A stretch of 64,000 nucleotides of DNA from Centroscyllium fabricii (taxonomy: Eukaryota). Positions 24,351 through 37,260 of this stretch are shown here, in pieces. The notes beneath the pieces are model-generated. The model was given only the letters and a program-made list of their open reading frames with translations. It made no database searches and was not told the origin of the DNA. The DNA lies in contig JBNRSN020000024.1 of NCBI GenBank assembly GCA_051313645.2, positions 36,332,001 to 36,396,000 on the forward strand, given 5' to 3'. Numbering within the stretch: the stretch's first letter is position 1; each line of letters begins with the position of its first letter. Made by a program: the position numbers and the translations under genes.

Positions 24351-25670
24351 TTTACTATTTAAACTTGAAGCTAAAATGTATTATTGCTGCGGGAGCAAGG
24401 AACCCAATTACGGTGTGGATCCTCTTTCCTGTCACTGTCACGGGACACGTGTGTATCATGTGGCTGTAAAACTACAGCATTGCTCTGTACGTGTGGATAA
24501 TGTGGTCATTCTGCAGTGGCTCATCCCTCCTTCCTATATGTTATCCTGTTCTTCTTGCATCTACATTGCAGCTCTCACTTTCTCCATTTATGAAGAACTG
24601 GCTCACTGTTTTTGCATGATTGTATATTTTATGGCTGCTTTGTTATTACTTTATAAAGCGTAATATTTAGAAAACTTTTTCTAAACTCATTTACGAGGTG
24701 TGCGGGAGGTGGATGGTGACTCACTCTGTGGGAGGCAGTTGAACATTTCTGACAGACTGGCAAGAGTTTGAGAAGCTGATCATTCCATCGGCATCACGGG
24801 ATGAAAGGAACTCAGGTTTGAAATGTGGGCTGGACCTTCACAAAGAGAGTAGGCAGCCTTAACATAATGAGCCTGTTATTGGTCACAATACCATGCAGTG
24901 CCTGATGAAGGGGATCAGGCTGAAGGTGAGTACCACACATAGCAGTGGCCTCATGAGTAGTATCATGACATGGTATCAGCAACTAGTGCATGAATGCCAG
25001 TCTCCATATTCCCAAACCAGCTTCTTTTTCCAAATCCGCACATCATCCTGCAACTGGACAGCACAGCGCCATGCAGTTGGGTCAATTGGTAACCAATTAG
25101 CCAGCATATCAGTCAGGAGCCAGTTAACTAAAGTCAAAGGTTTACAAAAAAATTATACATTGAGGTTAAAAGATAATAAAGCGACAAGCCTCCTGCCTTC
25201 CCCGCTGCTTCAGGTTAGTGTTAATGTGAAGAGTTGAGTGGGATTGTAATGTCAGATGTTTGTTGATGTGAGACGTGTTATAATGTGGGATAGGGGGGCG
25301 GAGGAGGGTGGTTAATGTGAGTCAGTTGTTAATGTGAGAGGGGCTTTCCAGTGTGGGGGGTTTGGAGTGTGATGGTTGGAATTTGAGGTGTGTTGATGCT
25401 TAGAATGAGTGTGTTTAGTGTGGGAGGTTTGTAATAGGGGACTTGTGTTGTGAGGTGGGTTTGTAATGTGAAGAGTGTGTTAAAAAGAGGGGGTTAGTAA
25501 GTATCATTAAGGCAATTTGTTAATGTAAAGGGAAGATTTTAATCTATGTTGGAACTATTCATCTTCCATCCTGTAAAGATCCTGAATTAATTAAATGTAA
25601 AATAAAAACTTCAGAACTAACCCTTTCTCCTCTTCTTCCTGTCATGCTGCTTTGGATTTGGGGACTGCAG

Positions 25671-25751
25671 AAGAAGATTATGATCATTATCTGCTGTGTG
25701 GTGCTGGGGGTCGTCATCGCCTCCACAGTTGGGGGAGTATTTGGATTTTGA
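25671..25751 (+). CDS. STX1A: Syntaxin-1 terminal coding exon (transmembrane anchor), STX1A-like
   Basis: After CTAAC, a pyrimidine tract and a CAG acceptor it reads KKIMIIICCVVLGVVIASTVGGVFGF*, close to vertebrate syntaxin-1 C-termini; ASTVGG favours 1A over 1B, but the paralog call rests on 26 aa. Confidence 0.88.
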   Translation, partial: KKIMIIICCVVLGVVIASTVGGVFGF

Positions 25752-27211
25752 AAAACACAAAATAGGAGAGAATCTACCAATGTGATGTGGGCAGTTCAGC
25801 CACTTTGTGAGATGAAGTGACTTTCACTCGGTAACACTGAGAGAGGTTTCTCTGCATGACTATCTAGCATTACTTCCTTTACTGGTCCTGCTCTTTCTGG
25901 CTGTTAAGGTATGGTTACATTCCTTTTCTCTTTAATTTTTTTTTTCAATGATGCGCTGTTTGCCATAAACACATGAAAATTTGGCCCTGGAAAAAAAAAC
26001 TTCATATTTAAAGGGATTGCTCTTAACCCATTGATTGCCAAAGAAAGCCCAGTTAACACCAACAGACACAGCGGCTGGAGTCGACATTTTATAATAAGAT
26101 ACTGATCACAAAAAGGGCGATATCTTTTTTAGAAACTCAATTAGTGTGCACAAGCTTTCAAATCTTGTCACGGTTGGAAGAATGCAGTGATCCAACATCT
26201 CATCAGCACAATGGTACCCAATGGACTAGGCTGAAGGCCATTATCCCAACCGCATGTGTTCTGTGGCAATTCTTATCTTCATCATAACACTTCCATAGAT
26301 GGAGGAGTGATCTGGCCTGAGAAAGTTTTGCTCTTAAGTGTATGTCTCAATGTTTGCTACTGTGGGTGAGGACCACCAGGCTGTCTTTGAAGCCTCTCTT
26401 CTGATCTCAGCCTTACGCCTTTGCTAATTAAAGTATTTTTCATTCGCTGTCATTTCTTCATGTGAAGAAGAATCGCTGATGAAGATTCTCTCAAGTGGTG
26501 CTATCGCTCCCTGTGATGTTAGAGAAAAGGCTGACAAGATCGGAAGAGTATCTTTAAAGGATTCAGCTCTTTTTTTTAAAAAGTGAAATGAGGTTGAAAC
26601 AATTCAAATAAGTTATCATCAATTTTTTTAATGTATTCTGGTCTGACAAAAAAAAAATCAAGAACCAGGCAGGTGAACCAGCAACAGTTCTACCAGTCAA
26701 AATTTAATTCTTCCAGCCAGGAAGCAGAAACCCTTAGAAAGCGTGTGCTTCACACCCACCTCTAATGTAATGAAAGGTACCCTCAGCGAGGAGCAGATTC
26801 CTTCTCCTATTTAACATATGTCCTGAACAGATGAAGCTCTCATTTTAACATCTATAAAGGGCTTGTGTTGGGAGATTTTGTACCTTGTCTATAATCAGTT
26901 TTCCTGCTTTAGGGTTCTAGTTTCTTTTAATTCCATGTGACATGAAGCTTTCGTTCTGGCTGGTTTACACATGTTTTTCACTTGTGCAGTTTTACCAAGA
27001 ATACACACGTCCTCGCCAGCCACCAGCACAGCCAGTGTGCAGTCCTGTGCAACTAGGTATCAAAGGGCTTGAAAGAGCAGTTAGTCAAGACTCGCCAGTT
27101 ACCATCAAACTGCACTCTGGTTTGGCAGCTCCTTTGGGTTGTTGAGGTGATGTCAGTCTGCATGTGGTGCAGAAAGTTCTGTTGCCAAGTTTCTTCCAGT
27201 CTTAAGTTAGA

Positions 27212-27217
27212 AATAAA
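27212..27217 (+). terminator. Candidate proximal poly(A) signal of the syntaxin-1 transcript
   Basis: First AATAAA I found after the stop, following about 1.45 kb of repeat-poor UTR-like sequence. Confidence 0.3.
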
Positions 27218-28899
27218 TTTTATTTATGCAATTCATGTATGAACAAAAATGTAACCGGATTTTTAAAATTCCAGCTTTTTGTCGTCTATTCCAGCAGTGG
27301 TGATGCAAGAAGGCTTCCTACGCAGGGCGCTGACACGGTGCCATTAACCAAATCTCTAAATGTCCCAGATCACTGACTTGTACTTTCCAGTTTTTATGTT
27401 TTAACTTTCCATTTTTAGCTATCCAGTTCCATCAGCCTCTGTTGTGTTCACCTCGCACCTCAATATCTTACACATCGAGATATTTCCAATTCTGCAACTC
27501 TGTTTCCTATGTTCTTACCATTAGTATAAAAAACGGAGTTTCTCACTGTTTTACTATTACGTTGCCCTATATCTACCCCTTGTTTTTTCCATACCATTTA
27601 CTTGTAAGCACTTTCCCTTGGGTTTCAACTGAAGAAGGGTGTTGAGGGACAGACCTGTATTAATGGTGTTGTTGTTTTCACCTTGACATCAATGCACTTC
27701 ACACACTCCCAGTGCAGTCACATGTTCAGCGGTTATCAGTAGCAGGAAACCTGGCTGATTTCCCCTTCTTAGCCCAGTCATGCTGAGGGTCAGCTACAGT
27801 GCCTCTATCACCAACTGGGTGAGTTCTGCCAACTCCACATAGACCAGGTTAAACCTGGGGACCTTTCTTGTGTGGACAGCTTGGCTATTCTTAACCAACT
27901 GATCCACTGGGGCAGCTTCCAGTCGGTAACTATAAGTAGAAAGAAGTCAGTAAAAACTTTAACAAGTCAGGACAGAATCTGAAACTGGAGCATGCTAATG
28001 AGACAAGAGACTACTGTACAAAGATTAAACAAAATTACCCTGTTTCTAACTAGATAAATTGGAAGGTCACACTAAAACCATCAGACTTAAGTTGCTTTGT
28101 GTTCACGTTCTGAAGTTATAAATATCAGGAACAGTCTGGCTGACGCATGCAATGTGCACTCCTTCAAACAAAACCAGTATTATCTGCAGAAGCACAGTTT
28201 GCATTATTCACATAGAGACTAAAAGCCAAGACTTTGCACAGTAAGGACTGAGATCCCCCAGCTGCACAACCATTATTGAAATTGCTTCTTGTTCCCTTTA
28301 AGTACTTTTATATCACCAATGTGATGATAGCTGACTGCTGATGTGCAGGTCTTGCAGAGCCGATTCTGGGTCTGATCTTTAGTAATTACTCACTTGAACT
28401 CGCATGTAAGTGGCCTAGCAGCAGTGAAATGTTGTGTGTCTCCCAATCTTTCAGAATTCCGACCTCCTCTGGTAAATGTGTTGAGCCAGTTCAGTGCATC
28501 AGTGTGCAAAACAGTGTTACGCTGTGAGCGCACTGAAATATGGGGTCAGTTCAGTGACAAAATAGGTAACTGCCAATTAGATGCAAGCCATTAAATAAAG
28601 TTAGTAAGTCCAGTGCCAAAATAGTTGGGGGAAACTCCTATTCAGCTCATGGCCCAAAAATGTGCAGCATGGTCTCGGTACATCTAATCAACCACCAAGT
28701 GGGAGATGGATGCCAAACTCTAATAAGTCTGGAGAGAAATGAGGGTGAGGTGATTTTGTGGTATTCCCTCAAGCCCCAGACTGCACCGGGTCACAATGTA
28801 GAAGGGCCTCTTACTATCTTGATACTGCTGCAGTCTGTTGGGTCAAAAAGATACCAACTAAATGGTGGGCAAAATAAAGGCAAAAAAAAGACAAAGAAA

Positions 28900-31620
28900 A
28901 TAATGGAAAAGCTCTGTGTTTATACTAATGGTTGGAACACAGGAAAGATATCTGCAAACTGGACAACATAAAATGAGTTGTAATATGGAAGGGGCAGAGA
29001 CCTGATTAAACCATGACATTGACTGTGAGCCTAAAGTACCAGGGTAAAGAGTATATAGAAGAGATGGGCACTGCAGCAAGGTGGGTGTTTGGGGGAGGTT
29101 GTGCCAGTATGAGTAAGCGAGGCATGTAAAAAGGTCAGAACATTAATTGACTTTCAAATTGCCCAGGTGTTATCTCGAAAGCAACCAAGGAAAAACAAAA
29201 ATGAGCACTTGTTTCTAAAAGTGGTGCAGGATTGTCTCTTACTCAGTTTGACTCACAGGCAATGCAGGCTATTCTGGATCTAATCTTTAGTAATTACCCA
29301 GGAATGATGTATAAGGCAGTTGTAGGAAAACATCTAAGAGAATGTCGGCTTCTTCCAGAAGGTACACTGAGGAGCTAAAGAAAATATTACAAAAAGACTA
29401 CAAGAGGGACCCGAAAAAGCACTCATGTTAATAGCAGAAGAAAGGTCAAAGAACAAGAAGGTCTGTTGAAGGATAAATTGGGTGAAACTATACATGATTG
29501 TCAGGATATGGCAGAGACATTGATTCCTTCACATCAGTTTACACAAAGGAGAACTGTAGACAAATTCTAGTCAATGAGGCGAAGTGATATGTAACAAATA
29601 TAGGAGTCAGTAAAGAATGTGTTATAGAGAAACTGGAAGAATTCAATGTCCACAAAACTCCTGGGCCAGATGGAATACATTCTTAAGTACTCAAGGAATT
29701 AAAGAAGGAGATTATTGATGGTTTGGTTGATATTTTTCAGAGTTCCATAAATACCAGGAAGTACCAAGGTCTCCAGGATGGTAAATCTAGTTCCAATATT
29801 CGAAAAAGAAGTAAGATGCAAACACAGTAATCACAGGCCAGTTACCCTAACACCCATAGTGGAGAAAAATGTTTTGAGGGCATTCTAACGGATGTAATAA
29901 ATGAACATTTAAAGAACACAAGTCTCACAAGGTAAAGTATAGTCACCACGGTTTCAGAAGTAATGGCCTTAAAAACCTACTGGAATTCTGCAGGGTGTAA
30001 ATAAGCTAGTGAACAAGGATTTTCAAAAGATATTTGATAAGGTTCCTCACATGAGACTACAAAGGAAGCTGAATATTCATGATGCAAAGCTCTGTGGAAT
30101 ATCAATGGCTAGAAAGGAGATAGGTTATCTTCAAGAGATTTGGATCAATTATTTAGATGGGTCTGAGATATGGCAAGAGGATTTTATTCTGGATAAATGT
30201 AGAGTATTGCATCTCGGAAGAGGTGATAGTGAATATATTTACAACAAGACAAGATTTCTGCTGCAGCATATCAGTTTCAGCTGGTCTTATTAAAGGGTGG
30301 GAATGTTCAAGAAGGGATAACACGAATGGGAGTCCAGTGGCAGAACCCAAAATAGAAAAGGATTTGGGAGTGATCATATTCTGAAAGCATTTAGTCAGTG
30401 TGAGGTGGTTAGTAATCAGGCGAACCAGATACTGGGTCTCATCTGGAGGTCATTGGACTACAAGTCAGAAGTTTTGGACAGATAAATGGTGATGGAAGGA
30501 GTGCAGCGAAGATTCACCAGGCTGATACCTGGGATGGCAGGAATGACATATGAGGAGAGATTGTGTCGATTGGGCTTATACTCACTGGAGTTTAGAAGAT
30601 TGAGAGGGGATCTCATCGAAACCTATAAAATTCTGTCAGGCCTGGACAGACTGGATGCAGGAAGGATGTCCCAATGGCCAGGGAGTCCAGAACCAGGGGT
30701 CATAGTCTAAGGATAAGGGGTAAGCCATTTAGGACTGAGATGAGGAGGAATTTCTTCACCCAGAGAGTGGTGAACCTGTGGACTTCTCTGCCACAGAGAG
30801 CGGTGGAGGCCAGTTCATTAAATATATTCAAGAAGGAGTTGGATATATTTCTTAAGACTATGGGGAGAAAGCAGGGACAGGGTACTGAGTTTGGATGATC
30901 AGCCATGATCGCATTGAATGGCCGAGCAGGCTCGAGGTGCAGAATGGCCTACTCCTGCTCCTATCTTCTATGTTTCTATGGTGCCAATTCTGAAGCATGG
31001 ATACAGTTTGGATAACCCTACATCGAAAAGGATATCTATGTATTAGAAAATGTTCCAAGAAGAGTGACCAGAATGATTCCATGCCTTAGAGAACTAAGTT
31101 ATGAAGTAATGTTCGAGCAACTATATTTATTTTCATTGGAAAAATACTGAGGGAAGAGTAGATTCATGTCCTCAAAATAATGAAAGGTATAGATAAAGTT
31201 AAAATAAACAACATATTTAACATGGGCAGTGAGCACAGAACCAGAGGGGAAAAGAAAATTCTAATTCAAGAGAAAATTCACAAACCTTGAGCAAGGTTAA
31301 AGAATAGAAACAAATCACCCTCCCCGCCTCCCAACCCCCCAGATAATGGATGTGTGCAATAAACTGTCAGAGAGTTGATTCAAGATCGATTGGCATCTTT
31401 GAGAAGGAGCCACGTCATTATCTGTTGAGAATTGGGATTAAAAGTTATATAGGTACTTAACAACACATTACTTTTTTTCCATGGGAGGCCAGAGAGCAAT
31501 GTACTAAGAGAGAGATCAACAGGTGGTGTGGGAGGCAAGTGGATGATCGAATAATCTGACATAGACTGGATGAAGAGGACCAATGGCTGAATGACATTTT
31601 CTTGCTTCGTATCATCTTAT
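28900..31620 (+). mobile_element. Old decayed CR1 LINE
   Basis: KTPGPDGIH-, NHRPVTLT- and DFQKIFDKVPH-like remnants; 3' tail near 31620. Confidence 0.75.
30492..30976 (+). mobile_element. Younger CR1 3' fragment nested in the old CR1
   Basis: EGVQRRFTRLIPGM..LGLYSLEFRRLRGDLIETYK; ATGGTG duplicated at both ends. Confidence 0.9.
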
Positions 31621-31624
31621 GTTT

Positions 31625-34130
31625 TCACTCCTAGTTCCCTAATCTTTAATTTATGTCCCTTGGTATTTAAACTCTTCATCAAAGTGAGCAATTTGCCTGA
31701 ATCAATTTCTTTCAAAGCTTCAATAAATTTCCCTTAAAGCCTCGTTATTTTTCTGAGGAAACAAGCTCTACTTATTTAATCTCGCCTCCAAACTTAAATT
31801 CCTGATACCTAGAATAAGAGTTGATGCCCTGCTCTGTACCCTCTCAGTAACATTCATCCTATGATCACATGGCCAGTACTCGGGGACAAAGGTTTCCTCT
31901 GTTTGCCACTTGCACCTGCATCTTGATGTACATATTTACAAATTTACTACAAATAGCAAACAGGAAATCTTCCCTTGATGGTCAGACCAGATTAGATTTA
32001 GGTCAACGTCTTGAGCTCTGCTCAACACACCACAAAAAAATGCAGATTCACATTACAAAGGAGACACAAAACAACACGACTGATCCCAGTGTAAAGGGAA
32101 TGAGTAACCAGGGAAGAATGGAGAAAGTGAAGCTCCATAGTCTGGAAAGAAGGTAGATCAGGGGGAATATTGCATGTCAGAAAAGTAGAACATAATGGAA
32201 ATTAGGGAACGTAACCGATATCAACAAAAAAATCTCGACTAGTAAAAGTTATGTGCAAAAATGTGGGAATATTAAAACATAATTAGATGCGATGATGGAA
32301 GATTGAATTCACTAGAGGGATGGGCTTTTATAGGAATGTTCATGTATTGGAGGGATGGCTTTTGATGAGAGATTTAATGCACTCGGGAGATGGGCTTCAA
32401 TAGGAAAGCTTATGTGCTGAAGAATTGGGCTTCAATGAGATTTAATATACCAGAGGGATGGACTACAATGGAAGAGTTAATGTACAGAATAGATCAAATG
32501 CTCTTTTCTCATTGTTCTTTTACAGCAGCGATAAATTTATAGTCTCTTGTTAATATAACCCAGTATGTCATTTGTCTTTGTAATAGAACTAAGCACTATG
32601 TTGAAAGTTTCTTATCCACTATAGTTCCTAGATACAGCTCCTAATCAGCCAGCAGGCCCACCGTGTGATGCATACATTCCCCCTTTTTATTCCTTTCTCC
32701 CACAGTAATTATTTTCTGCTCTTCCACATTGAACTATATTTTGCCATCTATCAGCCCAGTTCCTAAGAGAGCTAAATCCTTCTAAACCTGGTTGTATTGT
32801 TCCTAATTTATTCTGCATCCCATTTTCCTATTGCTTGCAAACCTATAGATTTTTCTAACTACACTTTTCTAAATTATTCATGCATATTACTAATATAAAA
32901 GGCCCCAATACTGATCATATTTAATAGTTCTGCTATTTCTTTATCCCTGGATTCTAGTTCCTCACTATTATTGTGAAGTGGACCAATATTTTTTCACCCA
33001 TTGTTCTCTTTTTATATTCGAATAACCCTTAATTGTTACTTGAGATGTTTTCAGAAGACTAACATCCAACATTTTGTTTGGCTTCTCTTGTTACTAACTA
33101 AAGCCATCTGTTTATCGCTAATACTATTTTTTCCATCCCTACTTAACCATGTTCTCCTTCATTGCCCTTTAATGTATTTTGATATTGGCTATAATTAATT
33201 TCAATTGTTTCCTTGCAAATAATTCTTCAAATACTTATACTTTTCTAAGGAAGATTTCTAAATTATTATTTTTCAGTTAACCTTTAAGTCCTTGTGTATT
33301 CCCCTCACTCTCCTCTTTTAAAGTCTATTATTTTCTATCATTGGTCTTTCTTCCATGATATGTTATGAGTATTGAGTTGCTATAGTCCTTCAACAGGGAA
33401 CTTGACAAGTTCCTGAGAGACAAGATCACTCCCAGTTACAAGGAGTAAATTACTAGTTAGTTGTGAAGTCTGCTGATTCATGCCCAGGCACAATCTTCCG
33501 GTGCTTACTCAGTTGCCTTGGGAATTGGAGAGGAGTTTCTCAGAGTTTTTCCTGAATTGCCTGCAGTTTGGTTTTTTATCTGTCCCAGGAAATAGCATGG
33601 TATTGCTGGGAGGGGAAGGGGTGGCGGGTTGAGGTAAACAGTGTACAAGATTATGCCATTGGCTTAATGGGGCTTATATCATTTCTTGCCCTTTTTGTAC
33701 AATCTTGTAGCCTCATAAATATTTCAGTGTAATTTATATTATTATAACTAGATCCTGGATGCTTCCTTGTGTATGATTGATGTACCCAAACCTGTGTCAT
33801 TGTTAAAGACCAGACCCAGAATAGCCTCTGCCTGTTTTGGCTGCGCAATAATCCTGCACCACTTTTAGAAATACGTGCTCTTTTCCAGAGACTATGTGGA
33901 TAATTTAAGAGTCAATTAATGTTCTGACCTTATTCCATGCCTCACTTACCCATATTGGCACCATACCACCTGCTTTGTTGCAATATCTGTCCTTTCTCTC
34001 TACTTTTTGCCCTGGCATTTTAGCCTCTCAAATCAATGTCATTTAACCAGGTGTCTGCTCTTCCTATTACATCATACATTTTTTCCAGTCTGCAAACTTG
34101 TTTCCAAACGTGCTTCTAATATTAGTATAC
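31625..34130 (-). mobile_element. Old decayed CR1 on the minus strand, related to 28900-31620
   Basis: 33878-33950 is the reverse complement of about 29110-29180 (GGTCAGAACATTAATTGACT block). Confidence 0.6.
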
Positions 34131-34168
34131 GCACGCTACACTTTTCCCTCTCTCACTGTTTCTGCTTT

Positions 34169-34740
34169 ACATAGAAACATAGGAGCAGGAGTAGGCCATT
34201 CGGCCCTTCGAGCCTGCTCCGCCATTCAATGAGATCCTGGCTGATCATCCCAACCCAGCACCCTGTCCCTGCCCTCTCAATTCAATTCAATTCAAGTTTT
34301 ATTGTCATTGCAGAGTACTAGTACAATACAACGAGACGAAGACTCGACGCTCCCGAGAGTAGTGCAAATAAATTACATGCAAATTGCATACAGTAAAGTA
34401 CATTTTCAGGTGTGCAGGTACCGGAGTTTGGTTTTTTTAGAGTTCAGGAGGCTGACAGCCCTGGGGAAGAAGCTGTTCTTAAATCTAGTCGTGCGGGTGC
34501 GAATTGATCTGTAGCATCTCCCGGAGGGCAGGGGGGCGAACAGACTGTGGCTGGGGTGTGTGGGGTCTTTAATAATGTTCAGAGTGTTCAGAGCCCTCTC
34601 CCCATATCCCTATCGAGTCTGCACCGACACATATCCCACCCTATCGCTGTAACCCCACATATTTAATCCCCCTAACACTAAGGGTCAATTTATCATGGCC
34701 AATCAACCTAACCCGCACATCTTTGGACTGGGAGGAAACC
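34169..34740 (-). mobile_element. 5'-truncated HE1-like SINE (CR1 tail) interrupted by a Rex1 fragment
   Basis: 34169-34278 plus 34593-34740 align to the other SINE copies. Confidence 0.88.
34279..34592 (-). mobile_element. Rex1/Babar-type LINE 3' fragment
   Basis: Minus-strand frame IIKDPTHPSHSLFAPLPSGRCYRSIRTRTTRFKNSFFPRAVSLLN; (TTGAA)n tail; TSD GCCCTCTC. Confidence 0.85.
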
Positions 34741-36571
34741 TTTGTTCTTTCTCTTCAACTTTGACCCGTAAACATAGAAATACAATAAACAGCTTCACGT
34801 GCCATCCCCATGGCATTACTGAACCCCTATGATCTAGTATTAAAACTGATCAAGTCATTTTCTGTATTGGCTGCCATACAAAATAACCGATAATCAGTAC
34901 GATAGAGAACCAAATCTGAATTCAGAGTGCTTGTCTCTACCTTGTTCACTGGTTTGAAGCAAGTCCTACTACTGCCCTTCTTATTCTCTCCACGCACAAT
35001 GAACAGGAAACCTCAAATCAACAGGCTGTGAACCGACAGCCAGGGAGCTGGTCATCTCAGCTCCTCTCCCTAATTCCACCTCATTTCATTGATTTATTCA
35101 GGTTTTCTCTCAGAATTCTTAACATTTAGCTGTAACAGTGAACCTCACAATTAACCGTCTGGGGTGTGGGCGAGGGAACTGCACACACCAAGTAAGGAAC
35201 CTCTCTTGAACGGAATCCATACCCGAAATATTGTCTCGAGAGTCAGTCGGTGGAGCCTGCAGCTGTCACCAAAGAACACCTGGCTTTTAATAATTTGAGT
35301 TAATTCATCAAATGACCCATCAAGCACAGACAGATGCACTGGAACCCTGGTGAGGCCAACCGGGTGTCTCGCATAGAGTCCATTATACTTGTAATTTCAA
35401 ATGCACCTGAACACTTGCTAGAGACATCTAGGAGTAGCAGAAGACCATGTCATGTCCATTGGCTTTCACTGTGGCCTCATCCGCAGATTCAGAAATGCGT
35501 CGTGACGTACTTCCATGAAGTGTTACCTCTTTTATTCTCACTGCCCCATAAGCAAGTCCAGCCAACATTAAACAAGACTGATTCCAGTCCTGCTGATGGT
35601 AGGAATTAGCTGATTCCGAATAAGTACAAATAGAAAGAAATTGCAAATCAAATAAAAAAAAAAAAAACTTGGAACGTATACAGCAGGCCCGTCAGCTTCT
35701 GTAAGAAAAGGCAGGGTCGTGTTTCAGCTGTGGACCCTCCAGATCCGGAGATGACAAGATGAGCGAGCTCTTTAACTGAACTGAACAAAGCAAAAGGGTT
35801 GGAGGAAGATAGAGAATTAAATACATAAAATAGCTGGGGCTAGCGCACAGAGAGCAGACCCTCACGGGCAGGGGCATGCAGTTATCAACAGACGATTTAG
35901 TGGTACTAGATGGTTTCAGATTTTGACCAATGTGAGTGGTCTTCATTATTTCCCAAAGTTGATGGTAATGAGTCCCATAACACATTCCCCGTGTCTTCTC
36001 ACCTCTGTGTGCTGCTAGTTCATTTCAAAAGTGCATTTCGCAATGTCCATGTGTTCACTTCGGAATGCCTTTCTTGAGACTGGGACAGTCTGGTTCTGGG
36101 AGAGTTGTTTTTTGCCACATTTTCTGACTTCCCACACTGCCGTTTCCATATTATTGTTTTTTCTGTTGCCTGCTGCTGACTTTTTGTAATACAGGACTCC
36201 TTTTGCTGAGACCTGTAGTCACCACATTGTTGCTGTCTTCAGCTGCAAGCTTCAGCTCCACAGAGACTGCTCGATGGGCCTTCCATTGGGCTTGCCAATG
36301 GCTGTCATGGATTTAGAGGATCAAGGGGCGTTTAGGCAGAGGGCCGGGAGGCAAGTGCGCTTGCAACTCGGGAGTTTGGCACCCCGCTGGAATTGACCTA
36401 GAAATGTTTTACAACTCGGGCACACCCACTTGGTTATGTCTGAGGAGACCTGTCTTTGCTGTCTCCACTTCAAGAGGGAGGCTGTGACAGAATCATGCCG
36501 TCTACTGGAATCCGACCTGCAGAGAAGATCTAGTGCAATGAATGCCCTGACGATTGGTATGAATCTCGCCA

Positions 36572-37260
36572 CAACAACAACTTGCATCTATATAGAGTCT
36601 TTAATGTAATAAAACATCCCAGGGTACTTTACAGGACTGTAATCAGACAAATATTGACACCGAGCCAAAGAAGGAGATATTAGGACAGGTGACTAAAAGC
36701 TTGGTCAAAGAGCTCGGTTTGAAGGGCGGTCTTACGGTGGAGAGGCAGAAAGGTTTAGGGAGGGAATTCCCGAGCTTAGGACCGAGACAGCTGAAGGCAC
36801 GGTCACCACTGGTGGGATGAAGGGAGTGGGGGATGTACAATAATAATAATTCAACTTTATTGTCATTATACAATGTACAAGTACATGAACAACAAAATGT
36901 GATCTTGCAAGCTCCCAAGAGTCCAGCAAAGCCGCTGCGTCTGTGCGCGCCGCCATTCCATCATTCCGACAATCTTCAGCCAACCGCCCCTCCCAGGGGC
37001 TCCTTTCGTGACCTTCTGCACCTGGTGGTCACCCATCCAAGTACTAACCAGGCTTGGCTCTGCTTAGTTTCCAAGCCTTGCCAGTGACCCTGTCCCGAGT
37101 CCCAGAAACAGGGCTAGAACAAGAGCCCAGAGTAGGAGGAACACACAGTTCTTGTAGGGTTGTAGGCTGGAGGAAGTTACAGAGATAGGCAGGGATGAGG
37201 CCACAGAGGGATTTGAATGCAACGATTGAATTTTTACGTAGCTGGGTCCTTTCAAGCTAT
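36572..37260 (-). mobile_element. L2-like LINE 3' remnant hosting the 5S-derived insertion
   Basis: ACAACAACTTGCATCTATATAG tail; minus-strand frame GDRAFSCLGPKLGNSLP. Confidence 0.7.
36841..37118 (-). mobile_element. 5S rRNA-derived SINE (SINE3-type) with Rex1-like tail
   Basis: 37027-37075 on the minus strand reads CTTGGAAACTAAGCAGAGCCAAGCCTGGTTAGTACTTGGATGGGTGACC (5S internal control region); tail AATGACAATAAAGTTGAATTATTATT; ACAA on both sides. Confidence 0.8.

Noticed and set aside
24337-24663. 108-aa ORF with a hydrophobic end just upstream of the syntaxin exon, as an alternative TM exon
   Set aside because: Starts inside a CR1 fragment; no syntaxin-like basic juxtamembrane motif or convincing in-phase acceptor
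26942-27145. ORF containing ERAVS, as in the syntaxin-1 SNARE motif
   Set aside because: Only a 5-aa match, downstream of the stop codon, with unrelated flanks
37027-37075. 5S rRNA gene
   Set aside because: Only about 50 nt of the 5S sequence, embedded in a retroposed unit with its own tail
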